Source: Candidatus Fermentibacterota bacterium (GTDB taxonomy: Bacteria; Fermentibacterota; Fermentibacteria; Fermentibacterales; JCC-6). From it: 64,000 bases of DNA. Where the stretch lies: the NCBI GenBank assembly GCA_963845085.1, contig CAWJQI010000001.1, positions 96,001-160,000 on the forward strand. The letters run 5' to 3'. The translations under genes were made by a program, and so were the position numbers. The notes under the pieces are model-generated. The model saw only the letters and a list, made by a program, of their open reading frames with translations, made no database searches and was not told where the DNA came from. How positions within the stretch are numbered: position 1 is the first letter of the stretch; each line of letters starts with the position of its first letter. This document shows positions 1 to 9,046 of this stretch, in pieces.

Positions 1-3000
1 CTGCCAAGCGCAACCGTCCGGCCGGTCGTGGGCGGGGCCACGCGCGCATCATGGCCTGCGCTTCTGGCGACGGCCGCCGCGAGGTAACTGGCATCACTGA
101 GATAGGGTATCCAGAGAGTCCTGCCCCCGAGCGATTGTTCCAAGGGAGGGCATGGAGCGGGCTCCTCCCCACGCATAGGTCTTTCCGCCTCAAGGGAGTC
201 AAGAAAGGCCTCGCACCTGGTGATGATCCCGGCATCGGCCGCGTGCTCGTCTATCTCGATGCCGAGATGCGGCTTGTCCCCCATGATCTCCGAGAAGATG
301 TGCTCGATGAAGCTGTCGGGACCGCAGCCGAAATTGGATATGTAGACCGCGTTGAGGCGGTCGTCGTCACGGACGGCCATGGCCGCGGCAAGGATCTTCT
401 GGCCGTATGCCCAGTACATGTTCCTGTGCTTCTTCCAGACCTTCTCCATCGGAAGGTCGAGGAAATCCATCGGGATCACGAGCGCACCGAGCCTGGCAAG
501 CTTCTGGGGAAGATCGGTGTTGACCATGGGATCGTTCCCGTTGTAGGGCCTGCTCACGACGACGAAGGCGCGCCTTTCCCCGATCGAAGCCAACGCTTTC
601 TCGCCCTCTTTCAGAAGGGCTTTCCTGAACCTTTCCTGAGCGGAGACAGCCTTCCGGCCCGCCTTTGAAACTGCTTCAGCGGAGAAACCGAGCCCCTTCG
701 CCATCTCGACAAGGGGCATCATCCACTGCCTTCCGGGCAGGCTGAAGTCGAGAACGGGCCTGAGCGTTGTTGGTCTGGTCCTCTCCTTCAGCGACAGCCC
801 GGCGTCGAGCAGGTACGGGGCCGCCTCGACGAAGGGACAGTTGTAACTCTCCGTGAACTCCCCCGCAGCCGGCGCATTCCGAAGGATGCTGGGGATGAAC
901 AGGTGGTCGACCTCCATCTCGAGAAGCCTTGCCACGTGACCATGGGCTATCTTCACGGGAAAACACGTTTCGGCCGCCATGCTCTCGACCCCCCGGTGAA
1001 CCGTGGCCGAATCGGACTGCCCGCTCGTGACGACGCGGCACCCGAGTTCCCTGAAGAACGTGCCGAAGAACGGGTACAGCTCCCAGAACCACAGGGCTTC
1101 GGGTATCCCAACGACAGGTCCGTTGGGTTCAAGGCCGGATTCCTCCGCGAACTCCCTGAGAAGCTGCTCCCTGCGGGGGAAAAGGTTCTCGCCCCCTGCC
1201 GTGGTCTGGAGGCTTCCCGTCTCGTATTTCTCGCACCTTCCTCCGTAGAACAGCTTTCTGCCGTCCTGCAGAGTGACACGATGAATCTCGCAGCTGTTCG
1301 AGCAGGCCCTGCAGACGAAGCTGTCCTGCTGCCAGCTCTCGCCGGTGAGCGCGAAGCCGCGGAACAATGTTGCGGAGGGGTTCATGTCCCGCACGAGAAG
1401 CGCCGCCCCGATGGCACCCGTGACGTCGTGATGCGGTGGAACAATGACAGTCCTGTCTCCGAGAACCGCGTTGAAGGCGGCCACGACCCCCTGGTTGAAG
1501 GCTGTGCCCCCCTGGAAGAATATCTTCCTGCCGATCGGGCGCCTTCCCACGACCCGGTGCAGGTAGTTCCTGACGACAGAAACACAGAGGCCGGCCACGA
1601 TGTCGCGAAGCGGAACCCCGTCGGACTGGTGGCTGACCACATCGGTTTCCATGAAGACGGTGCAGCGTTCGCCGAGCCTTGCCGGTGCGAGGGATTCGAG
1701 TGCAAGCGGCCCGAAATCCGTGATGGGGATGCCGAGCTTTTCCGCCTGTTCCTCGAGGAAGCTGCCCGTGCCGGCGGCGCAGACCTTGTTCATCTCGAAA
1801 TCGACGACGCGGCCGTTTCGAAGGGAGATGAACTTCGAGTCCTGCCCGCCTATCTCGAACACGGTCTCAACGCCGGGATCAATGTGCAGCGCGGCGCGGG
1901 CCTGTGCCGTTATCTCGTTCCGTACCGTGTCGGCGCCCACGAAATCACCGGTCATGTACCTGCCGCTGCCTGTTGTGGCAACTCCGAGAACCTCAGGTTC
2001 GCACCCGAGGTCGGACCTGATCTCAAGAAGCCCGTCCCTCACGGCCTCGAGAGGCCGCCCTGCCGTGCGCAGGTAGACCCTGGCGACCACATTGCCATCG
2101 GGATCGACCGCGGCAAGGTTGGTGCTTATCGAACCGACATCGATGCCAAGGTATATCCCACTGCCGGCCGAGCCTGAGCAGTCGTGCCGTGCCGGCGGAA
2201 GCGCATGTGCCGCAAGGGGCTGAAGGTGCTCACCGGCATGCCCGGTCGCCTCCGAAGCGGCTTCTTCCAACGATCCCGGGGTGACATGCACGGGTTCCTT
2301 CATCGAAAGCGCGGCCCCGGCCGCCACGAGTATCTTGAAGTGATCCGGGACGAAGAGCTGCCTTCCGTCGACAGCCTCACGGAATGCCCGGATCATCGCC
2401 TGGTTGGCCGCGACTCCGCCGACAAAGGCGACGGGTCCCCGGAATTCCCTGCCTGCGGCAATGGTGCTTCTGAAGTTCCTCGCGACGGCGAAGCAGAGCC
2501 CGGCTGCTATCTCCTCGACGGTTGCGCCGATCTGCTGGAGGTGGATCATGTCGCTTTTTGCAAAGACGCTGCAGCGGCCGGCGATCCTGGGAGGCTTCCT
2601 GCACCCCTGGGCGAGTTCCCCCATCTCCTCCGGGGACAGACCGAGCCTCGCAGCCTGCTGGTCAAGAAAGCTTCCTGTGCCCGCAGCGCAGATCGTGTTG
2701 GTAGCAAAATCGTCGAAGACGGGACCTTCGCCGCCGTCATGACGGAACTGGAGCAGCTTCGAGTCCTGCCCCCCCATCTCCACAACACTGCCCGCACCGG
2801 GAACGAAGGCCTTCACCGCAGCGGCAAGTGCAACCACCTCGTTGACCGGGTCAACACCCAGGGCACGGGCGAGCCTCATGGCTCCGCTTCCTGTAAGGGC
2901 TGCCGGCATGGAACTCCACCCCGGGACCTGCCCGAGAAGGATGGAGAGGGCTCCAAGGGGATCACCCCTGTGCCTGGCGTATCCCTCCTGAATTATCGAT

Positions 3001-3068
3001 CCGCGTTCAAGCACGGCGAACTTCGCGCTCACCGAGCCGAGGTCGATGCCGATGACCCGGCTGTTCAT
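1..3068 (-). CDS. Acyl-CoA dehydratase activase (two BadF/BadG/BcrA/BcrD ASKHA ATPase domains plus DUF2229-like region); 3' end lies outside the window
   Basis: Read by hand on the minus strand. ATG at 3068 follows a GGAGG RBS: MNSRVIGIDLGSVSAKFA. A second ATPase start YLGIDVGSISTN lies near 2150, followed by YNCPFVEAAPY, VGRPYN, MYWAYGQKIL, NFGCGPDSF and DEH. The + ORFs 51-668, 903-2177 and 2184-3089 are all its antisense shadow in one frame. It is probably absent from the track because no stop falls inside the window. Confidence 0.9.
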   Translation of the reverse strand, partial: MNSRVIGIDLGSVSAKFAVLERGSIIQEGYARHRGDPLGALSILLGQVPGWSSMPAALTGSGAMRLARALGVDPVNEVVALAAAVKAFVPGAGSVVEMGGQDSKLLQFRHDGGEGPVFDDFATNTICAAGTGSFLDQQAARLGLSPEEMGELAQGCRKPPRIAGRCSVFAKSDMIHLQQIGATVEEIAAGLCFAVARNFRSTIAAGREFRGPVAFVGGVAANQAMIRAFREAVDGRQLFVPDHFKILVAAGAALSMKEPVHVTPGSLEEAASEATGHAGEHLQPLAAHALPPARHDCSGSAGSGIYLGIDVGSISTNLAAVDPDGNVVARVYLRTAGRPLEAVRDGLLEIRSDLGCEPEVLGVATTGSGRYMTGDFVGADTVRNEITAQARAALHIDPGVETVFEIGGQDSKFISLRNGRVVDFEMNKVCAAGTGSFLEEQAEKLGIPITDFGPLALESLAPARLGERCTVFMETDVVSHQSDGVPLRDIVAGLCVSVVRNYLHRVVGRRPIGRKIFFQGGTAFNQGVVAAFNAVLGDRTVIVPPHHDVTGAIGAALLVRDMNPSATLFRGFALTGESWQQDSFVCRACSNSCEIHRVTLQDGRKLFYGGRCEKYETGSLQTTAGGENLFPRREQLLREFAEESGLEPNGPVVGIPEALWFWELYPFFGTFFRELGCRVVTSGQSDSATVHRGVESMAAETCFPVKIAHGHVARLLEMEVDHLFIPSILRNAPAAGEFTESYNCPFVEAAPYLLDAGLSLKERTRPTTLRPVLDFSLPGRQWMMPLVEMAKGLGFSAEAVSKAGRKAVSAQERFRKALLKEGEKALASIGERRAFVVVSRPYNGNDPMVNTDLPQKLARLGALVIPMDFLDLPMEKVWKKHRNMYWAYGQKILAAAMAVRDDDRLNAVYISNFGCGPDSFIEHIFSEIMGDKPHLGIEIDEHAADAGIITRCEAFLDSLEAERPMRGEEPAPCPPLEQSLGGRTLWIPYLSDASYLAAAVARSAGHDARVAPPTTGRTVALG

Positions 3069-3225
3069 TGTGCCTCCAAGGGAAGATGAGAGGTGCAAAT
3101 ATACCTTTGGGAGCCTTTCCGACGCTACCGGCCCGTGAACCGCTGCGCAGCGTTGTCGGGGCAATGGCCGGCTGCGCTTTTTACCTTATAGTTGGAGGTG
3201 GCTCAAACCTGGGAGGGCGGGCGCA

Positions 3226-4923
3226 ATGGGCGGAGAATCAGACAGGCCGGTCATTTATGGATCGGGCGGCATCGGGGGAAAAGCCTCGGGCCTTTTTTTT
3301 GCCATGAAAACCCTTGCCGAATCGAATCCGGAGATCGGCTCCCCCCTGGTCCCTACGTTCGTGCCTTCCTTCCGGGTGATCACAACCGAGTACTTCGATG
3401 ATTTCCTCAAGAGGAACGACCTTCCCGGCGACAGCGTGGGCGACGAGCCTGACGACAGGATCGCGGCGGCATTCATGAAGGGCGAGATCTCCCCGATCCT
3501 GGTGGGCGACCTGATGAACTACATGAGGGAAACGCGAAGCCCCGTCGCCGTGCGTTCCTCCAGCCTTCTCGAGGACGCGAGGAATGAGCCGTTCGCAGGC
3601 ATCTACCAGACAAAGATGATCCCGAACAACCAGCCCTCCGACACGGAGCGGTTCAGGAAGCTCACCGAGGCGATCAAGTTCGTCTGGGCTTCCACGTTCT
3701 TCCAGGCCGCGAGGGATTACCTCGGCGCCACGGGCCACACCCCGGCCGACGAGAAGATGGCCGTCATCCTGCAGGATGTTGTGGGCTGCCGTTTCGATGA
3801 AAGGTTCTACCCCGTCATCTCGGGGGTGTGCCGCTCGTTCAATTACTACGCCTTCGGAAGGGCGAAGCCCGCAGACGGCGTGGTCAACCTTGCGCTCGGG
3901 CTTGGAAAATCCATCGTCGAGGGCGACCCCGTCTGGAGCTACAGCCCGGCTCATCCCCGCGTTCATCCCCCATACGGCAACCTGAAGGATCTGATGAAGA
4001 TGACCCAGACCTCCTTCTGGGCCGTGAACATGGGAAGGCCCCCGGCCTACGACCCCCTCCTCGAGACCGAGTACATGCTGAAGTGCCCGCTCTCCGACGC
4101 CGATTACGACAACACGCTTCGTCTTGTCGCTTCCACATACGATCCGTCATCGGACCGGCTGGTTCACGGTGTACAGGAGCAGGGAGCAAGGGTAGTAACC
4201 TTCGACCCGCTTCTGCGGGACTCGATGGTGCCGCTGAACGATGTTCTGAGAAACCTCATGAAACTCTGCGAGGAAAAGTCGGGCTCTCCCGTCGAGATCG
4301 AGTTCGCCGTGGAGGGGTACACTCCGGGCTCGCCATCGAGGCTCGGCTTCCTTCAGGTGCGGCCGATCGTTGCAACCGACAGTGTGGTGAACATTTCCGC
4401 CGATGAGGAAAAGGGGGGGGCGCTTCTCGTAAAAAGCGCAAAGGCAATGGGCAACGGGGAAAGGCGCGACATCAGGTGCATCGTCTACATGAAGCCGGGA
4501 TCATTCGACGCCTCGAAGACGCCCCTCATCGCAAGGCAGATATCCGAGATCAACCGCTCGCTCGTCCGGGATGAGATGCCCTACCTGCTGATGGGCTTCG
4601 GCAGATGGGGAAGCTCTGACCCCTGGCTGGGCGTCGGCGTGACATGGGGGCAGATCTCGGGCGCCAGGGTGATGGTAGAGATCAGCGGTGGAAAGATGAA
4701 GGTAGACCTTAGCCAGGGCTCCCATTTCTTCCACAATCTCACAAGCTTCGGCGTCACCTACTTTTCCGTGAGTGAGGCCGTTGACGGCAGGATCGACTGG
4801 GACTGGCTCGAAACAGCGGGCGAAACAGTCTCGGAAACCGAGTTCCTCAGATGCATTACCTTGAAGGAACCCCTATTGGTCAAGATAGACGGACGATTGG
4901 GAAAGGGCGTGATTCTCAAATGA
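3226..4923 (+). CDS. PEP/pyruvate-binding (PPDK_N ATP-grasp) domain protein
   Basis: Motifs IGGKASGL, AVRSSSLLED, FAGIY, GLGK, VEIEFA and LQVRP. C-terminal GFGRWGSSDPWLG...SQGSHFFHNL. Confidence 0.88.
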   Translation: MGGESDRPVIYGSGGIGGKASGLFFAMKTLAESNPEIGSPLVPTFVPSFRVITTEYFDDFLKRNDLPGDSVGDEPDDRIAAAFMKGEISPILVGDLMNYMRETRSPVAVRSSSLLEDARNEPFAGIYQTKMIPNNQPSDTERFRKLTEAIKFVWASTFFQAARDYLGATGHTPADEKMAVILQDVVGCRFDERFYPVISGVCRSFNYYAFGRAKPADGVVNLALGLGKSIVEGDPVWSYSPAHPRVHPPYGNLKDLMKMTQTSFWAVNMGRPPAYDPLLETEYMLKCPLSDADYDNTLRLVASTYDPSSDRLVHGVQEQGARVVTFDPLLRDSMVPLNDVLRNLMKLCEEKSGSPVEIEFAVEGYTPGSPSRLGFLQVRPIVATDSVVNISADEEKGGALLVKSAKAMGNGERRDIRCIVYMKPGSFDASKTPLIARQISEINRSLVRDEMPYLLMGFGRWGSSDPWLGVGVTWGQISGARVMVEISGGKMKVDLSQGSHFFHNLTSFGVTYFSVSEAVDGRIDWDWLETAGETVSETEFLRCITLKEPLLVKIDGRLGKGVILK

Positions 4924-7900
4924 CTGACGAAGCCTCCCGCTCTCAGAGCCTGATCACCTCCCTCAGGGAGAGGGCCAAGGAATTGAGCTGCCTCTACAGG
5001 GTGGATGAGATCCTCCTTTCGCCGGAAACCCTCGACAACAAGCTCCACCAGGCTGCCGAAGCGATCCCGAGCGGATGGTTCAGCCCTGAACTGTGCGAGG
5101 CGAGGATCCGCTACATGGGAATGACATACCAGTCCAAGGGTTTCAGGGAGGGCGGCGTGTACCTCACCGAAGACCTCAATGTTCAGGGCAACACCGTTGG
5201 CACGCTGACCGTCTCATACCCTCTGGAAGCGCCCGGAATGGACGGCGGTCCCTTCCTGCCCGAGGAGAAAAAGCTTATCCGCACTCTCAGCCAGCGCCTG
5301 TCGCACACCATTCTCCATGAAAACCTCGCCCAGGTGTTCCAGGGGGAGGAGAACGCAAGCAGGACCTGGAGGGCGGGCACCGAATCATGGCGCTCCATAC
5401 TGGAGATGCTTTTCATAACGGACAGAAAGCTCTACAAGACGCTGTGCAGAAGGCTTCTCAACTACCTCAACTTCATCGGCGTCCCCCAGGCGCAGGACCT
5501 GCTGAACAAATGGGTGGGGCAGACATCCGACGGCACCGAGCCTGATCACGAGGGCATCAACCAGCCCATCCCGAAACACATGATCGACATCAACCCGAAG
5601 ATCGTCGAGGAGATACTCGAGATCACAAGCTCGGTTCTCTCCGACGACCAGCTCATGAAGCTTCTTCAGCGCTGGGTCGGAGAAAACCGGATCGAGCACT
5701 TCATCAACGTGCTTGACGACCACGCCAGCGCAATCAGCGAGATCATCCAGGCAATGGATTCCCACAAGACGATAGTGACGGAGGAACTCGCCCTCTCGCC
5801 CCCGGTCCTCAACGCGGTGAAGGTTTCCCTGATCAGGCGGTTCATCAGCAGAAGGCTTGACTACATCAGCACGCTGAAGGACTACGTAACCCTGAACGAC
5901 TTCTACGAACTGAGCAGGTACCTTGTATTCCCGGCCCGCAGCCACGGCCAGCTCGGGGGGAAGGGTGCGGGCATCTTCCTCGCGGGCCAGATCCTGAAGC
6001 ACGTGACCCAGGACGATCCGGTCCTGAGCAGCATAAAGACTCCGAAAACATGGTACATCTGCTCCGACGGCATACTCGACTTTGTTCACTGCAACAGGCT
6101 TGAAGAGCTTCTTGAATACCGCTACAGGTACATCGAGGAGATCAGGATGGAGTACCCAAACCTGATCCAGCTCTTCAAGAACTGCGCGTTCAGCCCGGAG
6201 ATGATGCAGGGGCTTTCCATGGCCCTCGACGACCTGGGCGAGAAACCCCTGATCGTAAGAAGCTCGAGCCTGCTCGAGGACAGCAGCGAGGCCGCCTTCA
6301 GCGGAAAGTACAAGAGCCTCTTCCTTGCCAATCAGGGCACGAAGAAGGAGAGGCTGGAAGCTCTCACAGACGCCATCAGCGAGGTCTACGCCTCGATGTT
6401 CGGCCCCGACCCGATCGAGTACCGCGGGGAAAGGAAGCTCCTCGATTTCCAGGAGGAGATGGGCATCCTGATCCAGGAGGTCGTCGGCGCCCACATGGGT
6501 GATTACTTCGCACCCGCCTTCGGCGGGGTGGCATTCAGCCGCAACGAGTTCCGGTGGTCGAGCCGCATCAAGACCAACGACGGCCTGGTCAGAATGGTGC
6601 CGGGTCTTGGAACCAGGGCTGTCGACCGTCTCGGCGACGACTACCCGATACTGCTCGCCCCCGGTCAGCCCGGTCTGAGGGTCAACACGTCCATCGACGA
6701 AACCATTCGCTACGCCCCGAAATACATGGACGTCATCAACCTGAAGAAGCGCCGCATCGAAACGGTGAGTGTCGAGGACATGATCAAGGCGTACGGGAGC
6801 AGCTATCCCCAGTACGAGAAGGTCTTCTCCGTATTCCGCGACGGAATGCTCCACCAGGTGAACCCGATGACCGACTACGAAAAGGATTTCGTTCTCCCGA
6901 CCTTCGAGGGGCTGATGGGCGGCAGCGACTTCGTTCCGATGATGAGGCGGCTTCTGACGCTCCTCGAGCAGCGGTGCGGCTTCCCCGTAGACATCGAGTT
7001 CGCGGTTGACGACACAAGCGTCTACCTTCTTCAGTGCAGGGCCCAGAGTTCGTGGCAGAAGGAGGAGAACATCCAGCTCCCCGAGCGGCCGTCATCGGAA
7101 AACCTTCTGTTCACCGCCGAGAAGTTCGTCTCGGACGGTCTTGTTCCGGCTGTCACTCATGTCGTCTACGTAGTTCCCGAGGCGTACGACAACCTGAAGG
7201 ACATGAACTCGCTCATCAACGTGGGCAGGATGGTCGGCCGGCTGAACGGCATTCTCCCCCGCGGAAGGTTCGTGCTGATGGGACCGGGGCGCTGGGGCAG
7301 CAGGGGCGACGTCAAACTGGGCGTCAGGGTGACCTACTCCGACATAAACAACACGGCGGCGCTGATCGAAATGGCCTTCCGAAAGGGCAACTACGTCCCG
7401 GACCTCTCCTTCGGCACCCACTTCTTCCAGGACCTTGTCGAGGCTTCGATCCGCTACCTTCCCCTCTACCCCGACGATGACGGTATCGTGTTCAACAGGG
7501 CCTTCTTCGAGAACAGCGAGAACTCCCTCGAGAAAATCCTTCCGGAAGCATCAGGGCTGTCGGACGTGATCAGGGTCATCGACATCCCTGCCGTAACCAA
7601 CGGAAGGTTTTTGCGCATAGCGATGAGCGGCGACGAGGGAAGGGCGATGGCCTATCTCGTGACCGAGGAAACCGCATCGGCGCCCGAAGCCCTCAGAAAG
7701 ATTGCGGGAAGGGAGGCCGACCGAATCAGCGAGGACGAGCACTGGATCTGGCGGCAGACAATGGCCGAGAAACTTGCGTCCTCCATCGATCCCGAGCAGT
7801 ACGGGGTCAAGGGGGCATACCTCTTCGGCAGCACCAAGAACGCCACGGCCGGCCCGTGCAGCGACATAGACCTTCTGATCCACATCACCGGAACTGACAC

Positions 7901-8144
7901 GCAGAAGAAGCTTCTGATGGCATATCTGAACGGCTGGGACCTCTGCCTTAGCGAGATGAACTACATCCGCACCGGCATAAAGACCAAGGGCATCCTCGAT
8001 GTTCACATAATCACCGACGAGGACATCGAGCGAAAGAACTCCTACGCTTCCAGGATAGGCGCCGTGACCGACCCCGCGAGACCTCTGGACATGATGAAGA
8101 GCAGGAGGACGCCGACCAAAGCCCCGGTCATACCAGCTCCCTGA
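4920..8144 (+). CDS. GAF-like / PPDK_N / nucleotidyltransferase multidomain protein
   Basis: ATGA overlap with the upstream stop. N-terminal LRERAKELSCLY...GPFLPEE (GAF-like). Core LGGKGAG, IVRSSSLLED, FSGKY, GLGTRAV, DIEFA, LQCR, GPGRWGS, SFGTHFFQDL. C-terminal YLFGSTK...SDIDLL matches the Pol-beta-like NTase GS..DxD motif. Confidence 0.88.
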   Translation: MTDEASRSQSLITSLRERAKELSCLYRVDEILLSPETLDNKLHQAAEAIPSGWFSPELCEARIRYMGMTYQSKGFREGGVYLTEDLNVQGNTVGTLTVSYPLEAPGMDGGPFLPEEKKLIRTLSQRLSHTILHENLAQVFQGEENASRTWRAGTESWRSILEMLFITDRKLYKTLCRRLLNYLNFIGVPQAQDLLNKWVGQTSDGTEPDHEGINQPIPKHMIDINPKIVEEILEITSSVLSDDQLMKLLQRWVGENRIEHFINVLDDHASAISEIIQAMDSHKTIVTEELALSPPVLNAVKVSLIRRFISRRLDYISTLKDYVTLNDFYELSRYLVFPARSHGQLGGKGAGIFLAGQILKHVTQDDPVLSSIKTPKTWYICSDGILDFVHCNRLEELLEYRYRYIEEIRMEYPNLIQLFKNCAFSPEMMQGLSMALDDLGEKPLIVRSSSLLEDSSEAAFSGKYKSLFLANQGTKKERLEALTDAISEVYASMFGPDPIEYRGERKLLDFQEEMGILIQEVVGAHMGDYFAPAFGGVAFSRNEFRWSSRIKTNDGLVRMVPGLGTRAVDRLGDDYPILLAPGQPGLRVNTSIDETIRYAPKYMDVINLKKRRIETVSVEDMIKAYGSSYPQYEKVFSVFRDGMLHQVNPMTDYEKDFVLPTFEGLMGGSDFVPMMRRLLTLLEQRCGFPVDIEFAVDDTSVYLLQCRAQSSWQKEENIQLPERPSSENLLFTAEKFVSDGLVPAVTHVVYVVPEAYDNLKDMNSLINVGRMVGRLNGILPRGRFVLMGPGRWGSRGDVKLGVRVTYSDINNTAALIEMAFRKGNYVPDLSFGTHFFQDLVEASIRYLPLYPDDDGIVFNRAFFENSENSLEKILPEASGLSDVIRVIDIPAVTNGRFLRIAMSGDEGRAMAYLVTEETASAPEALRKIAGREADRISEDEHWIWRQTMAEKLASSIDPEQYGVKGAYLFGSTKNATAGPCSDIDLLIHITGTDTQKKLLMAYLNGWDLCLSEMNYIRTGIKTKGILDVHIITDEDIERKNSYASRIGAVTDPARPLDMMKSRRTPTKAPVIPAP

Positions 8145-8991
8145 CGGCCCGGGCCGAATCGTGCGGATCGAACCTCACAAGGGCCAGTTCCGGCCCGTCG
8201 TGAGCAGCGTTGATCATCACGGTCGGCCCGCATGTCTCCATCCACATTCCGGTCAGCGAAGCAGATTCATGGATGTGGCCGTGAAGGGTCAGCATGGGGG
8301 CCCTTTTCATGATGAAGCGTTTTATTGCAATGCTTCCGACATGCACGTCGAGCGGCACGAAATCAACGAATTTCCCGTCCAGGGCAGCCCTGTCGAGCGC
8401 GGTTCGGTAGGGAGGCGAATGGAAGAGGAAGACCGCCTTTGAAAGGTCATCGCTCCCTGCGAGTTCCGCAAGGTCTTCCTGTATCGTTGCATAGCATGAT
8501 TCATACTCGGAGACCGGCACGGTGAACATTCCTTCACCGGGGTGGGTGCACCCCGGATCAACGAAGCGCGAGACATCGTAGCGTTCCCAGTCCTTCAGGA
8601 GGAACGGGCTTGGAGGGATGAACGAATAGCCGTAGACCATGAATTCCCCGAAGGGGATCTTCCTGCCGTGGGCGTACTCCCAGATGCCCCTCGAGGCGGC
8701 GTCGAGCACCGCCGCTTCCTGAAAGCGGCCGTCATCGTTCCCGAGTATGACGAACACCCTGGGATACCGCTCCCCCATGCGCTCTTTCATGGCTTCAAGC
8801 CTGCGGCACAGGAACTCGTTAACGAAATCGCGATGATCGGCGCGCGCTTCGAGCAGCCTGACCGCGCCCGGAAGAAGATCCCCGCCGATGAACAGCGCCG
8901 CAGGACGCTCGGTCTCGACAAGCCCGAAGAGCTTTTCGTATCGGGCCGTATCACCGTGGAGGTCGGTTGCGAAGAAACAATTCCCGTTCAT
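8128..8991 (-). CDS. Metallophosphoesterase (calcineurin-like/Icc-related)
   Basis: Motifs TDLHG, GGDL, GNDD, HSPP and HGHIHE. Confidence 0.9.
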   Translation of the reverse strand: MNGNCFFATDLHGDTARYEKLFGLVETERPAALFIGGDLLPGAVRLLEARADHRDFVNEFLCRRLEAMKERMGERYPRVFVILGNDDGRFQEAAVLDAASRGIWEYAHGRKIPFGEFMVYGYSFIPPSPFLLKDWERYDVSRFVDPGCTHPGEGMFTVPVSEYESCYATIQEDLAELAGSDDLSKAVFLFHSPPYRTALDRAALDGKFVDFVPLDVHVGSIAIKRFIMKRAPMLTLHGHIHESASLTGMWMETCGPTVMINAAHDGPELALVRFDPHDSARAVRELV

Positions 8992-9006
8992 GGGGGGGAA
9001 GATATG

Positions 9007-9030
9007 AAAAGGGGGGTCCGAAGACCCCCC
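9007..9030 (-). terminator. Intrinsic terminator downstream of gdh
   Basis: Minus strand reads GGGGGGTC-TTCG-GACCCCCC-TTTT (8 bp stem, UUCG loop, U-tract). Confidence 0.8.
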
Positions 9031-9046
9031 TCGAAGGCAACAGGGC

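Noticed and set aside
51..3089. Long + strand ORFs 51-668, 903-2177 and 2184-3089
   Set aside because: They are antisense shadows of the minus-strand activase, all in one frame, and have no motifs of their own.
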